Shown: positions 40,074 to 53,600 of the stretch, piece after piece
Position numbering within the stretch: the stretch's first letter is position 1
Layout: every line of letters starts with the position of its first letter
Source of the DNA: Octopus vulgaris
Taxonomy: Eukaryota
DNA: 64,000 bases
Direction of reading: 5' to 3'
Assembly (NCBI GenBank): GCA_951406725.2
Contig: OX597814.1
Location: 176,452,001 to 176,516,000 of the forward strand
The notes under the pieces: model-generated
Databases searched by the model: none
Told to the model about the DNA's origin: nothing
What the model saw: the letters and a program-made list of their open reading frames with translations, nothing else
Made by a program: the position numbers and the translations under genes

Positions 40074-40461
40074 CTAGCAGTATCGCCCGGCGTTGCTCGG
40101 GTTTGTAAGGGAAATAACTATATAAGCATTTTTAGAGAGTTATAGCCAAAAAAATGCATTAAAAATGGAAAGAAAATGATGGTAAATGTTTTTAAAAATC
40201 GTTGACTCATCGTAGACATTTTTAGAGAGTTACTTCCCTTATATAATAACGAAAAAATGCATTAAAATGGAAAAAAATGATGGTAAATTTTTTTTTAAAT
40301 CGTAGACTCATCGTAGACGCGCGCTAATACCCAGAAGGGCTTGATATGAATCACAACTATAAGATACCCGGTTTTGGTTAAACTGCACCGCAAAATGTGG
40401 GAGTAGTTAGGAATCTAAATCGTAGGAGACAGACACACAACTTGACTTTTATATATAAAGA
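40074..40461 (-). mobile_element. Non-autonomous Helitron
   Basis: On the - strand A|TCTTTATATATAAAA ... CTAG|T, with subterminal hairpin CCCGGCGTTGCTCGGG (40086-40101) and an internal ~110-bp tandem duplication. Confidence 0.85.
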
Positions 40462-43400
40462 TATGATTTTGTATCATATATGTATTATATACATACGTGT
40501 TATATATATTGAAATAAGATTTTAAATATTATGTACCAGAATTTTTTTTAATCAAGTAATTAGAAAAATTTATTAAAATATATGTCCGTTTTATAGCAGA
40601 TGTTTGGAACATGAATGAATCAAACTTTAAAAGGAAAATTTAATGAAAGATGTTATTATTTTAGAATTGGTTAGTTTGCATTGTAGAACCAAACAGTTCT
40701 CATGCAAGTTCGAATGAAATGGGTTGAAGTGCATGGTGTAATTTTATTCATAATATTCATCTTTTACCTACAATGAAATTAGAAGTGTCCAAATATTTCC
40801 CAAAGACATTCTATGAATAAACCAAGGATATCAAAGCGGAGGTAAAGAATACGCACACCACCCATATTCGGCGTAACCCTAAACACCTGGTGTGGTTATA
40901 CTTTACCTTCGCCAGAAATCAAATGCCAAGAAGAGAGCCTCAATCTGCTAAATTTTCTTTGATTTTTCAATGGATAATATAGTCTTTGATATACGATGTT
41001 TGAAAAACAAAAGTTGACGAGGTAGTAATATTTGGAATTCCTTTTCATCATGGGTCTGTTTCGCTAGAATTACTCTAGGGAAGTGTCTAAATAAGATTAT
41101 TTATAAATCTTTTGAGGAAATGGAAGGCAGAGCATTCTGTAATGGCTATAACGAAAGTAGCTATTTTCTTCGGTTATTCAAGTTGCTTCAATTGATCAAT
41201 AGAATAATTTAGTAAACCTGTCAGTAATGTACCTATAATAATTACTAGAAACAGCTGTAAGCCAAATTTGCTCCAAGTTATAACAAGCAGAGTACTGGAG
41301 GAATGGCTGAAATTTTGAAATGCTTTATTTGTGCGTAAATACAATAAATATTCTGCATCTGTCCCCTTGGAACGAAAGTAGCAATACATTACAAAAACAA
41401 ATTGTAAGGAAATGAAATGAAATATAAATATATTTGACGTGAGAATTAATGAAGAATATATTGAGGCCGATACTACTGAAGTAAAATTTTCGGGTTTAAA
41501 CCGAAATTTGAAAGATTTCTTTGGCAGTAAATGGATTGTAGATATTCAACAAAATTCTTCTATTTTTGAACTATGAAATACTGTAAGTTCGTGTTTTTTT
41601 TTTTAAATAATCAAATCATTCCGTCTACTATAGGCACAAGTGTCTGCAATTTTATGTGAGGCGGCTAGTCGTACATCGATCCCAGCACTAGTACTTCTTT
41701 CATAATCCCTAAAAGGATGAAAGGCAAAATCGGCCTCGGTGAAATTTTCAACCCAGAACGTAAAGCATGCTAACAATTTCGCTAGCTAACCACATTCTTA
41801 ATAATTATTATTTCTACTGTAGGCACAAAGCCTGAAAATTTGTAAGAGGGGGACTAGTTGATAACATCGATCCTGGAATTTAAACTTAGAACGTAAAGCT
41901 GGAAGAAATACCTATTTCTTTATTACCCACAAGGGGCTAAACACAGAGGGGACAAACAAGGACAGACACACGGATTAAGTCGACCTCGGCGGAATTTGAA
42001 CTCAGAACGTAGCGGCAGACGAAATACCTATTTCTTTATTACCCACAAGGGGCTAAACTGGTACTTATTTAATCGACCTCGAAAGGATGAAAGGCAAAGT
42101 CGACCTCGGCGGAATATGAACTCAGAACGTAGCGGCAGACGAAATACCTATTTCTTTATTATCCACAAGGGGCTAAACACAGAGGGGACAAACAAGGACA
42201 GACATAGGTATTAAGTCGATTACATCGATCCCCAGTGCTTAACTGGTACTTAATTCATCGACCCCGAAAGGATGAAAGGCAAAGTCGACCTCGGCGGAAT
42301 TTGAACTCAGAACGTAGTAGCGGCAGACGAAATACCGCTAAGCATTCTATTCAACGCGTTAATAATTCAGCCAACTCGCCGCCTTAATAAATAAATAAAT
42401 AATCAAATTGGAAGACCAAAATGGTAAATACAGATATAAAAAGTTGATCAAACATTGCCTAAGGGAGCTAACTATCATCATTTCCGGTTTACTGATTCGA
42501 TCAACGCCGGTAAACATTGTATGTTTTGTGCTGACATGTCAACTACCTCGACAGAATATTTTGATAAAATGATTATCCTTATTGGCATTTACCAGGTATT
42601 TTGAATCACCTAATGTCAAATGATACACACAAGGTATATATACCAAATGTATATTTTTATGAATTAATTTTTTCGTGGTGAGTAAATTAAGATAATGGAT
42701 TTAATATCAACTACGACGTATGATTATTATTGTGGTAGTGATGATTATCGTAGATGAAATATATCTTTAATTGCGTTTTTTCACGCCACGATATTATGAA
42801 TTCAACTTTACTAACGACTAAATATTTTATAACTTTAACTTTTTGATAATTTTTGTAATAATAATTATTTATAATTTCGAATTTTCACTACAAGAACAAA
42901 CCAAAAAAAAAAAGAAAAAAAATTGAAATTTCTGTGTACAATGATGCATAGAAGTAAGGTTTCATTGATTTATGAAAAATGCATAAGAACTAGTCATGTG
43001 GATATAGGTTCTTCAGAAGATGACTTGCATTTACTCATGAAAATTCCACAGAAAACATCGAAGTCAAAAATAGGGGGCGGGGTACAATATTATTCGAGTG
43101 TAAAAAAAAAAAAAAGGAAGTGGGTAAGGAAACAAAATATGTTACTGATTTTTACGCACAAAATTAGGGTCATATATATATATCCGAGATCGAATAATTA
43201 AATAAGATAAACTAGAGGCCACACAACCGAATTAGGGAAAATCTGAGAATAGAATGGAACAACTCCAAAGCCAGACTGGATTGCTTGTAAAAGAAATTTT
43301 TAAAATTAGGTAAATTATTATTATAAAGCATAGGCAAGGTTATATTTTAGAGAAGGGAATAAAATTGAATGAATTGTTTCCGTAACCCACGCTGGTACTT

Positions 43401-43759
43401 ATGTTTTGTGAAATGCGTAGGGATTTGAATGCAAAACATCAAAAGACGAATGAAGTAGCATTAAGCAGAGTCCGAAACTGTGCCTAGTAGCCTTCATGTA
43501 ATTAGTAAGGTGATAAATTATTTTGGTGGGGCTTGTTTGTATAGGTTATGCAAGTCCTTCGTTGAATTTTTTTTTTTTTTTTCAAAAATGTTCAATATTA
43601 AATCCAGTTAAAGCGGCGTTCGATAGCAGCACATAATTATAACCGTAATCAAAGCAATTCAGTAGTAGTAGTCGGTTGAGCATTTCATTCCCTTAACTGG
43701 GATAACTTCAATTAAATGTAAATTTCCCTATCAAAACATTGGGTCATTTGCCTACCGTT

Positions 43760-44150
43760 GTCATTCTTCAAATGTCTCTGGAACTTCAAGCGTTCACCTA
43801 AAGCACGTAGAGACTGAAGGAATCGTTACTTTCACCAACATCCATGTCTGCTTGTACCAGAACGGTCAAATTCGCAGAATCTGGAAATTGTTTAAGATTA
43901 TAACAATTCTAAAGCCCAACAAAAACTCAAGTGAAGTAGCATTACACTAAACTCGACCCATCAGCCTGCTATGCACACCCTAAAAAAAATTCTAAAAAGG
44001 CTCATCCTTGACAACGCTAAATCACACACCTTTCTGAATCAGAACTTGGGTTGAGACCACTACGATACTGACAAACTTGACAGAAAAATACTGGTCAGAT
44101 TTGACAACAGAAAATCCCCACCCACATGCATCATCCTAACTACCATCTAC
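43760..44150 (+). mobile_element. Degenerate LINE RT fragment (jockey/I-like)
   Basis: IWKLFKIITILKPNK..RPISLLCTP..KRLIL across frameshifts. Confidence 0.55.
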
Positions 44151-44455
44151 ATCAATGGTTCTCAACCAGGATTCATGTAAGGCTTTTGGGGTTCCTTGCA
44201 AGCGAAATAATAAATTGGGGCTCCACAGTAGTATTTTAGGGGTCCATGAAAAAATTTTGCTTTAGATGTATTCATTGCAAGAAACTGATGGGTTTCTTTC
44301 CCTAACGTTTTACATATTTCAGCTTAACCTAGTTAATGTGTGAAAAACAAAATAGGAATTTTGAAATAAGTATGTATAAAACTAGTTTTTTAACATCAAA
44401 TGGCTATGGGGTTCACCAGAATAAAATGGTAATCAAAGGGGTTCATTATATGAGA

Positions 44456-44688
44456 CACCAGCAAAAGGCGGATTTCGACTGATGTACTTGCGCGTACAAA
44501 TGCACGTTCCCACGGCTTTATTAATCGCATTCTCACTTGGAATCGATTTTTGTAAATTTTTCAAGACTTATACACGCCCTGATACCGTCGGTATCTACAT
44601 ATCAAATTTGAGTGCAATTGGATGAAGGATGCCCAAGATCCTAGAAGACACACACACAGACAGACAGAATGGATTTTATATAATAGAT
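44456..44688 (-). mobile_element. Helitron-like non-autonomous element; a similar 5' end lies at about 49020-49141
   Basis: The - strand starts TCTATTATATAAAA followed by (TGTC)/(TG) repeats, as in the 40074 element; the 3' CTAG is degenerate. Confidence 0.5.
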
Positions 44689-46595
44689 ATCTTATGTTCA
44701 GATGGGCCAGATCTGGCCTCTCACACTATCACTACACTGTCATTCTAAAAATAAGGAATCACATCAAAATCTCAAAGCCATCGGATAATGCATGATTTAT
44801 ACAAAACTGAATAAATATTACATTTTGACAGAGTAACTTGAATGCATAAGGTTAAGTGATATTGTTAAGGACACTGTTAGTAGGGTTAGTCTCTTTGTTT
44901 GAGTGATCAGAGAAGGTTCTTGTATTTGGTAATTCTGTGTACATAGTACTGAGGTAGGTGGAATGGCCAAAGAGGTATTTTTGTGGGGTTGGGGGGGGGC
45001 AGGAATTTGGAAGTAGAACAAACAGCAAACAGATGACTTCATTAGCAGGAATGTTACTTATAATGCCTCTTGGTTGTGGAATGGTGGGTAAGAAAGAGGG
45101 CTCTGCAAAGTTATTGAAGACCTGTTGGGCTTATAAGAAAATTCCTTTTGCAAGTTGAGAGACAAAAGAAATCGCAAGTTATAAATTCATAATTTTTATT
45201 ATTTTTTTTCAACTTATAGTTCACTTGGTCAGTTAACTACTCCCCCCCCCCCCAGTTGGTGATAGACCATCAGGAGGGGTATAGGAGTTTGTCTAGGTAC
45301 TGTACTATACACTGTTTTATGCCTATGTTGCAATGGTTTGATGGAATATGATACTTCAGCTATTGAAGAAAGCAGTGAGCTGCAACACAGCTACTTAGCT
45401 TAGTTTCTGATACTCTGGGTTTTATGCAATTAAAATCTACTTTGGATTATGTTTAAAACTTTAGTTTTATTGCAATACTTTCTTTCTTCATGTGTATGGT
45501 GTTTTTTTGTTGTTGTTTTTTTGTCAGTCATAAACCCATATCAACTGTACTTGCATTGTTACTTTGTTAGATAATAGATATGTACTTTGTAATTAACAAA
45601 CATACACAATCTGTGGATGTGAGTGCACAAACAACAATTTTAATGGCATCATAAAAATGACAGCAATTTAAAGAATTTTCCTCATAGTTTTTAGTATCGC
45701 TTTCCTTGTTTATTATCATTTATAGAATTTCGACTATTCCCTGGATTGAGGTTATTTATATTGCATTTCCTTTTCACAGCTCTGAAGAAAATGTGATCAT
45801 TTGCCTTTAATTATTCAGTGTAAGTTCCTGATCATTTTAAAATAATTATCTTCAGATTTGTTTTATGTTACATACAGGCAAATAATACCATGCACACACA
45901 CACACACACAATTTTATGAAAAAGAATTTCTTTTCATTCAAACTTCAAATCTTCTATTTCATTGATATCTATCTGTGTGTGTATGTGTGTAAGTATATGT
46001 TTGTATATATGTATGTGTGTATATGTATGTATGTATGTATCTATCTACCTACTTGCTTGTTGGAATGGAGACAATGTAGGATAAAGAGAACATTCTAGCC
46101 TTGTTGGGGGCCAGGCAACCTCTTGAATCCAAATTTCATGCAACCTGTAAAGTGATAGATGAACAGAGACAACATTGAGTAGAGAGCACTCATTAGTCTT
46201 ACTGAAGACAAGACAACCCTTCTAGTTCTGGTGCTATGATAAAATGTACCCAATGTTCTCGGTAAAATGCTTTACAACAGGAAGGGTATCCAGTTGTGGA
46301 AAGCATGTCAAAAATGGAATATATGGGTGAGGTTTGGCCTTTAACTTGTCTAGGAGGGCTGAAATCCAAATAGGAACTGGCTAGACCATAATGACTCCTC
46401 CAACCCATGCCAACATAGGATAGCAGGCATAAAATGATGATGCATATGCATGTACACATACATTCATACAGTTTTTGTTTTATCTTACCCCACTTCCTCC
46501 ACCATGCACTGTTATATATAATATCATGATAATCCTTACAAATGATTTCAGGTAAACAGTCAGTTATCTGATGCTGTATATCTGCTACAAGAAGG

Positions 46596-46748
46596 ATGGT
46601 CAGCAGTGTAATTAAAGTGTGTCCTAACCCTGAAGAATTGTCTGTTGTCCGAGTGAACATTCCATGTCCAGTATACGGCTGCTCAAGCATCTTACCTCAT
46701 GCAGGCTCTCTACGTATTCACCTTTCAAAAACCCACAGAATAACAGAG
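46596..46748 (+). CDS. ATMIN: ATMIN coding exon 1 (MVSSVIKVCPNPEELS...ZnF1 CPVYGC..HLSKTH)
   Basis: ATG at 46596; C-x4-C..H-x4-H finger; donor GAG|GTAAGT, phase 0. A possible acceptor TTTCAG at 46546-46551 suggests an upstream non-coding exon. Confidence 0.85.
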
Positions 46749-47612
46749 GTAAGTGAATTACATTATCATATTAGACAATTTATAAATCATCATTTGACGT
46801 CCATTGTCCATGCTGGCATGGATTGGATGGTTTGACCAGGGCTGGTAGGCTGAGGGATTGCTTCAGACTCCAGTCAAATTTGCCATGGTTTCTATGACTG
46901 GGTGCTTTTGCATGCCAGTTGCATGACACCAGTATTTGCCAGGACTATGATTTCACTTCGCGTGATGGGTCTTCTTTTCAAGCACAGCATATTGCCAAAG
47001 GTCCCAGCCATTTGTCATTGCCTTGCTGAGGCCCAACACTTGAAAGGTGCTTTTTACATGCCACCAGCACTGCTGAACACACCTCTGATTAATCATCACT
47101 TCAATCTGATGTGGGATCAGTAACTACTACTAGCCAGGTAACTGGAAGTGTACAGGTCAGAATAAAGTATCTTCTCTTTATTAACACATCATTGTAGATT
47201 ACATAATTGTTAAGAAGTTTGTACTACAACCATGTGGTTGTGATACTGTAGTATCAAGCTATCATACCACATTTTGGATTGTCTTCTACTACTTCTTCTG
47301 TAACCTGATGTTAACTGATGTCTTGTGGGAAAAATTTGTTACAGGGAAACAATGTAGAAGCTCACCATATATACTCGGCCTTTGGATGAGATCAAATCTA
47401 ATGTATATGTGTATGCATTGTATGTCTCTATAAATGGGGCTGCTGGAAAGTTCCTAACTTTAGGGGTAACATGAAAGGCCTGGTTGGAAGCCCAACTTTC
47501 CAGGTTTTTTTACAGGGCTTAGAAAAACTGAAGGGAATATGTTGAATAAAAATCATAACTGATTCTTCTATATTTTCTTTTACCCAGAGTCAGGAACTTT
47601 TTGGCATCCCCT

Positions 47613-47662
<50 letters not shown>

Positions 47663-50600
47663 CTCTCATACATATATGTCTGTCTAAAAAGCAGTATTGT
47701 GTCATGTCTCCTTGTGTCTTATAAACTTGCAGTTAGACAAATAGGATTCAATAAAATAGCTGTCAGGCTGAAATAGATTTATGTGTAGCACAGCTGTCTA
47801 TGTTTCTGATTAACCTAGGAAGAGAAAACCAAATTGAAGGCTGGTTATTGCAGAGGTCATTGTACTTTAATGATCATAGAACATATAAGTTTGCAAGCGA
47901 TGCAAAGTAGAGCCACTGAAATGTTTTAGGGGTAGATTACAGTTAAGGACCATAAAATATCGTTGTTTTACATGAAAGCGAAATTTCTTGTCAGAGAAAG
48001 CTACATAAATGTTGTAACAAAATTGAAGGAAGACGTTGAAACCTCTTCTCCACAAGTTTATTTTATTCAACAGCAAAGGGAGTTATTTTTTCAGAGTGAA
48101 GTATGATTGGTATGTTCAAAAATGGCAATATAATACCTACTTGAAAAAGTAGTTGTAAAGGAATGTATTTGCAGCATGTTTATAGTATACAACCACTCTG
48201 AAATTGACTTCAGGTTACAAAAAATGAAGAGTTTGACTTCAGTTCATGAATACTGTTTTGAATCTTTAGCAGTTCACAGTGAAATGATGTCGCATTGAAA
48301 GGCAGACAGATAATTGTGAAGTTGTAATGACAACAATACACATATGAAAAAATATAGAAAGACAATTACAGCATATAAATAAATAATAAGTCGAAAAGAT
48401 GTTAAAACAACTAAAAAATATTCTGTAATGCAAATATACAACCATATAGATTTAAAAAGGATGGAAAACAGTCAAAGGAAATAGACAAAATTCTTTCGTT
48501 TTTATAATATTCTCTAACGAAAACTCAAACTATGCACACCAATACACATAAAAAAAAATATAGAAAGTAATAATACAGAATTACAACATATAGATAAATA
48601 ATAAATGAAAAAAATATGATAACCACTAAAGAAATATTCTTTAATACCAATATTTTTCCATATAGATTAAAAAAGTATGGATGACCTTACATACAAATAA
48701 ATTATGTACATACAACAAATTTGGATAAGTCTTATGAATTAACATAAACATTTATTTACATCAAAGAAAATTACCGGAGACATAATGTGTGTTGTGCTAA
48801 AAATAGCAGCTAAATATGTTTTGGGGATAAATCTTTTAAATTAACATAAACATTTATTTGCAAGAATACAAAACGACAGCTTCCAAATCCTGTTTCCTGA
48901 CTAGGTCACCACACAGGTGGACAGTTGAAAAAATAAATAGAAAAAATTCTTTCACTTTTATAAAACAGATTTTAAAAAGTATGGAAAGCCCTGCTCTGGG
49001 CAAAATGTTATAGTTCATGACCATCCTTAGAACATAAGTGATGTGTATGTAAATTTTGGAGAAAATTGGTTGAGAATTGAGGAAATGTATGTGTTAACCA
49101 TTATACACACACACACATACTGTGATTTATATATACTAGATCAGTATGGTATTAGATTTTTGTTTACATTTCTGGATGAATCATAAAAGAAAGCAATGTT
49201 AATTTCTCTTCAGAGATCTGATAAGAATGATTTGGACAACAATTGCAGTGATAATCATTCACAAAATGTGGTCAAACAATACCACTGTCCAGTACAAAGC
49301 TGTGTATACAATGTTTCATCAAAAAGGCATTTTGCATCCAAAAAGCTACTGAAGCAGGTGAGTTTATTTATAATTCTTTTGTCTTAATTTTTGGAAATAT
49401 TTTTTACTCTCATTCACAAATGTTTATTTATATATGATTAGTCCCAGGTCACCTCTGATGAAGCAGCTAGGACAGTCGCATCTTATTTCTAGGCAAATGT
49501 ATTAAAAACTGCATATATCTCTAATATGGTAAATTTTTGAGATTATAAAATATGGTTTCAGAGGTATTTGGCTATTATTTCTAACTGGTCTAGTGGTTAT
49601 GTAAGAGGCTCTTTTATTTGAATCATATCTACATATGTATGCTAATACTGAAAGCCTTTGCTATTTGAATATTTTACTTGTTATTTTTCAAATCACTCAA
49701 CTATGACAGAGATAGAAGTCTTAATTTTTAAGCTTCTCTTTTATCTGTTTCAGTCACAGTGGCCATGCTGGGTCACTGTCTTGAAGAACTTTTAGACAAA
49801 TATATCACCCCAGTACTTATTTTGTTTTTAAACCTAGTACTCATTCTATCAATGTCTGTGTCTTTTTGCGGAACTGTTAAGTTACAGGGACATAAATACA
49901 CCAACACCGGTTATCAAGCAGCAGTGAGAGACAACCAACACACATGTAGTTGGTTCTTCTTTCTAGTTAGGCTGAAAATGAAACAATTGGAATTAGGTAC
50001 CTTGCCAAAATGCCCTGAGCAAACTTAAATGCCACAAATGAGTTGCTGAAAAGAGAAATAATGAAAGGCATGTTGCTGTGCAGACTTGTCAAATTCATAC
50101 AATATAAAGAAGCAGGCTTTAATAATTGAGGAATGTGCAACATGCAAATTCTCAGGCTTTTTAAAATTTTTTTTTTGCCCTGTCGCCTGACTGGCTCCTG
50201 TGCCGGTGGCTCGTAAAAAGCACCCACTACACTCTCGGAGTGGTTAGCGTTAGGAAGGGCATCCAGCTGTAGAAACTCTGCCAGATCAAGATGGAAGCCT
50301 GGTACAGCCATCTGGTTCGCCATCCCTCAGTCAAATCGTCCAACCCATGCTAGCATGGAAAGCGGATATTAAACGGTGATGATGATGAATTCCTGTAAAT
50401 GAGACTTCTGGAATAAAATCATTTTGTGGCTGTGATATAGATACTTTAAAGTTTGTAACCCTTTTTGCTTCCACCCTGCTTGAGACTGCCCCTAGTTCTA
50501 AGCCACAAACATCCTATTTTAGAGTGATGTAAATTAAAATCTTCCATCAAAGTTTCATGCTAACTGAAGTTCCAAGCACCAGCTTATACTGACAAAATTA

Positions 50601-53600
50601 TTTTACTAAATTCTTAATTATTCTAAGGATTAATTGAAAGAAAGGGAGTATATTTCAACAAAAATGTGATAATGAAAGGGTTAGAATATAGGTGAATGTG
50701 ATAGGATATAACCTCCACAAGTTCCAGTCCTTGTTGCAGTGTGGTAGCTTGCATGCTTCAGTGATGTTAAGGACTATACCAACAGAATGCAAGCTCCTGA
50801 AAGGGCCTCCTGTGCTGGGTAGGTTAAATGTTAGAAGTCATATTATTAAGGACCACCTCTTGCTAGGGGTCTAAAATGTTTACACAAGGCCAACACTCCT
50901 ACATAGAAAAAAGCAAAAGTTACAGAAGCATTGATGATAATTCAAAACCAACAAGACCTGGACAATGACAGATAGGCCACACATTAACCCTTTCATAACT
51001 GTATTTATTTTGAGATGCTGTATTTCTTTCAATTACTTTAAGTATAACAAAGAGTTTAGTAAAATAACTTAGTTATCATTCAGTTAGTGTTAGTAACATA
51101 AATTATGACTAAGGTTTGGTGGAAGATTTTAATTCAAAACTAATGAAAACAAGACATTTGTACTCAGAGCCAGAGCCGGTTTCAGCCGGGTTGGTAACGA
51201 AAGGGTTAAGGAAACCAACATTCTGCATGGCAGCCCAGAGTCAAGAACACTGGAGAAAAGTAATTGATATCTTTATGCTCTCTGGGGAGCAAAGGGTTTA
51301 AACAACTAATATCCTATTAGTTTTCCAAGCAAGCTTCACATCTTAGAATTAAATATGTCTTTGTTATAATCTTTTTCTTTTGATGTAGAAAAGTTCTTAT
51401 ATTCCTTAAAGTATTTTTAAAAAATGATAATAATAATAATAATGTACAAATGTCTGGAAAGCAAACAATGTATGAGTCAGATACATGCTTGCGTGTGTAT
51501 GGAGGGGAGAAAATCAGGTGTAGTGTTGGCGAATCTCAGGAAGCATGGAAGTTTTGAAGGATGCAGTGCTCCGACAACTATTATTTGGTCCTTTTACTGT
51601 TTTAAACCATTGGAAAACCTGGGACCTGTTTTAACATTTATTATTAAAATGAGTTATACATTGGTTTCAAATTTTGGAGGAGGCACAGGTCAGTGTAATT
51701 GACCTAGTGTTTAACTGGTACTATTTTATTGACCCTGAAAGCTGAAAGACAAAGTGGACCCCAGCAGAATTTGAACTCAGAACATACCAGATGGATGAAA
51801 TGCAGCTAAATGTTGTGCCCAGCATGCTAACAATTCTGCCAGCTTTCCACCTTAAAAATGTATTATATATTAGTTGTTTCATTTCTTTCTGTTTGCCCAT
51901 TTAAATATGTCTTCATCTGAAGATTACTTTAGTTAAAACAATCCTTATGTTCTGAACTCAGAACATAAAGATGGTCAAAATGTCACTAACCCTAGCCTTA
52001 AAATATTGCAGGGAATTTTGTCTTGCACTTTAATAATTCTGAAAATCTCCAATGCCTTCTTATGTTGGAGACAATTTAAATTTCGTTAGAATCCTTAATT
52101 TATGTAAATCTGTAATTAGAACATATTTAATAACTTTTGTATTTTTTTTTATTTTGACCAGCATTACATGAAGGTTCATGCTGACAAGAAACACAAGTGT
52201 CCAAAATGTGGTCAGGGCTTTGGATTGGATCGGGATTGTCGTCGACACTTTGCAACATGTGGCATGATCTTCCGCTGCAAGACCTGTGATTGCCCTTTCA
52301 GCAGTGCAGAGGCAACTATCAACCATTGCAATCTCAAGCAACATGAGATTCCAGTTGAATGCAAAAATATTAGGTAAATCTTTAAATTTCCTTAGCCTCT
52401 TGTTTCTCTTTCTGTCTATGGATTCTTCAATAATTACTATGGCCTAGTGGTTAAGGTGTTGTAATTATGATTATGAGTTTGTGGTTTTGATTCCCAGACC
52501 GGGTGGTGTGTTGTGTGCTTGATCACTTCAACATCTGTTGTATGGCACACCTTGCACCTTTGTAAGCAATGTTGATTTGATGAAGGGAGTGATCTCATGT
52601 ACATCACAAACATTTAATCACTATGAAAAAAAATCATCTGTGCAGGTTGTTCAGGAAGAAATTGCAGAATTATCTTCCTTGGGCTTGAGATTACCAAGAA
52701 GAATAATTGCAAAATGATTCTTCATCGTTTAACGTCCGCTTTCCATGCTAGCATGGGTTGGACGATTTGATTGAGGACTGGCGAACCTGATGGCTGTACC
52801 AGGCTCCAATCTTGATCTGGCAGAGAGTTTCTACAGCTGGATGCCCTTCCTAACGCCAACCACTCTGAGAGTGTAGTGGGTGCTTTTATTTGCCACCGGC
52901 ACAAGAGCCAGTCAGGCGGTACTGGCAACAGCCACAAAAAAATCGTGTTTTTTTACATGCCATCTGCACACCGGCACAAGTGCCAGTAAGGCGACGCTGG
53001 TAATGGTCACGCTAGTGGTGCTTTTTACGCGCCACTGGCATGAACGCCAGTTAGCTGCTCCGGCAATAATCATGCCCGGATGGTGCTCTTAGAATTATTA
53101 ATAACTTATTTAGTAAAATTCTACTTTCTCACCAAATTCGTTTTGCTCTATTATCTCCGTTCAGCATGGTTTCTGTAGCTGGATGTCCTTCTTCATGCCA
53201 ACCACTTTACAAAATGTACTGGGTGTTTTTTTTATGGCAACCAACACTAGTGATGTTGCCATGTAACTTGCTAGACCAAAGAGTTCCACTCACTGATATG
53301 GAACATAGGAGAGAAGGAGTGGATTTGGTAGATGGAAACTGAAAGAAGCCCATCATATATGTGTGTGTATCTGTATTTGTCCCCCCAACATCGCTTGACA
53401 GCTGATGCTGATGTGTTTACGTCGCTGTAACTTAGTGGTTCAGCAAGAGAGAATGATAGAATAAGTACTCGGCTTACAAAGAATAAGTCATGGGGCGCTC
53501 CAGCATGGCTGCAGTCAAATAACTGAAACAAGTAAAAGAGTAAAAGTGTTAATGTCAAAAGATACATTGTAAACTATGCATTTAGTCTATAGTCGCATTT

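Noticed and set aside
42470-43090. Putative ATMIN first exon and promoter (TTTCCGG, donor CAG|GTATT at 42595/6, GC box at 43073-43082)
   Set aside because: Plausible given CpG retention, but the motifs are too short to call without transcript data.
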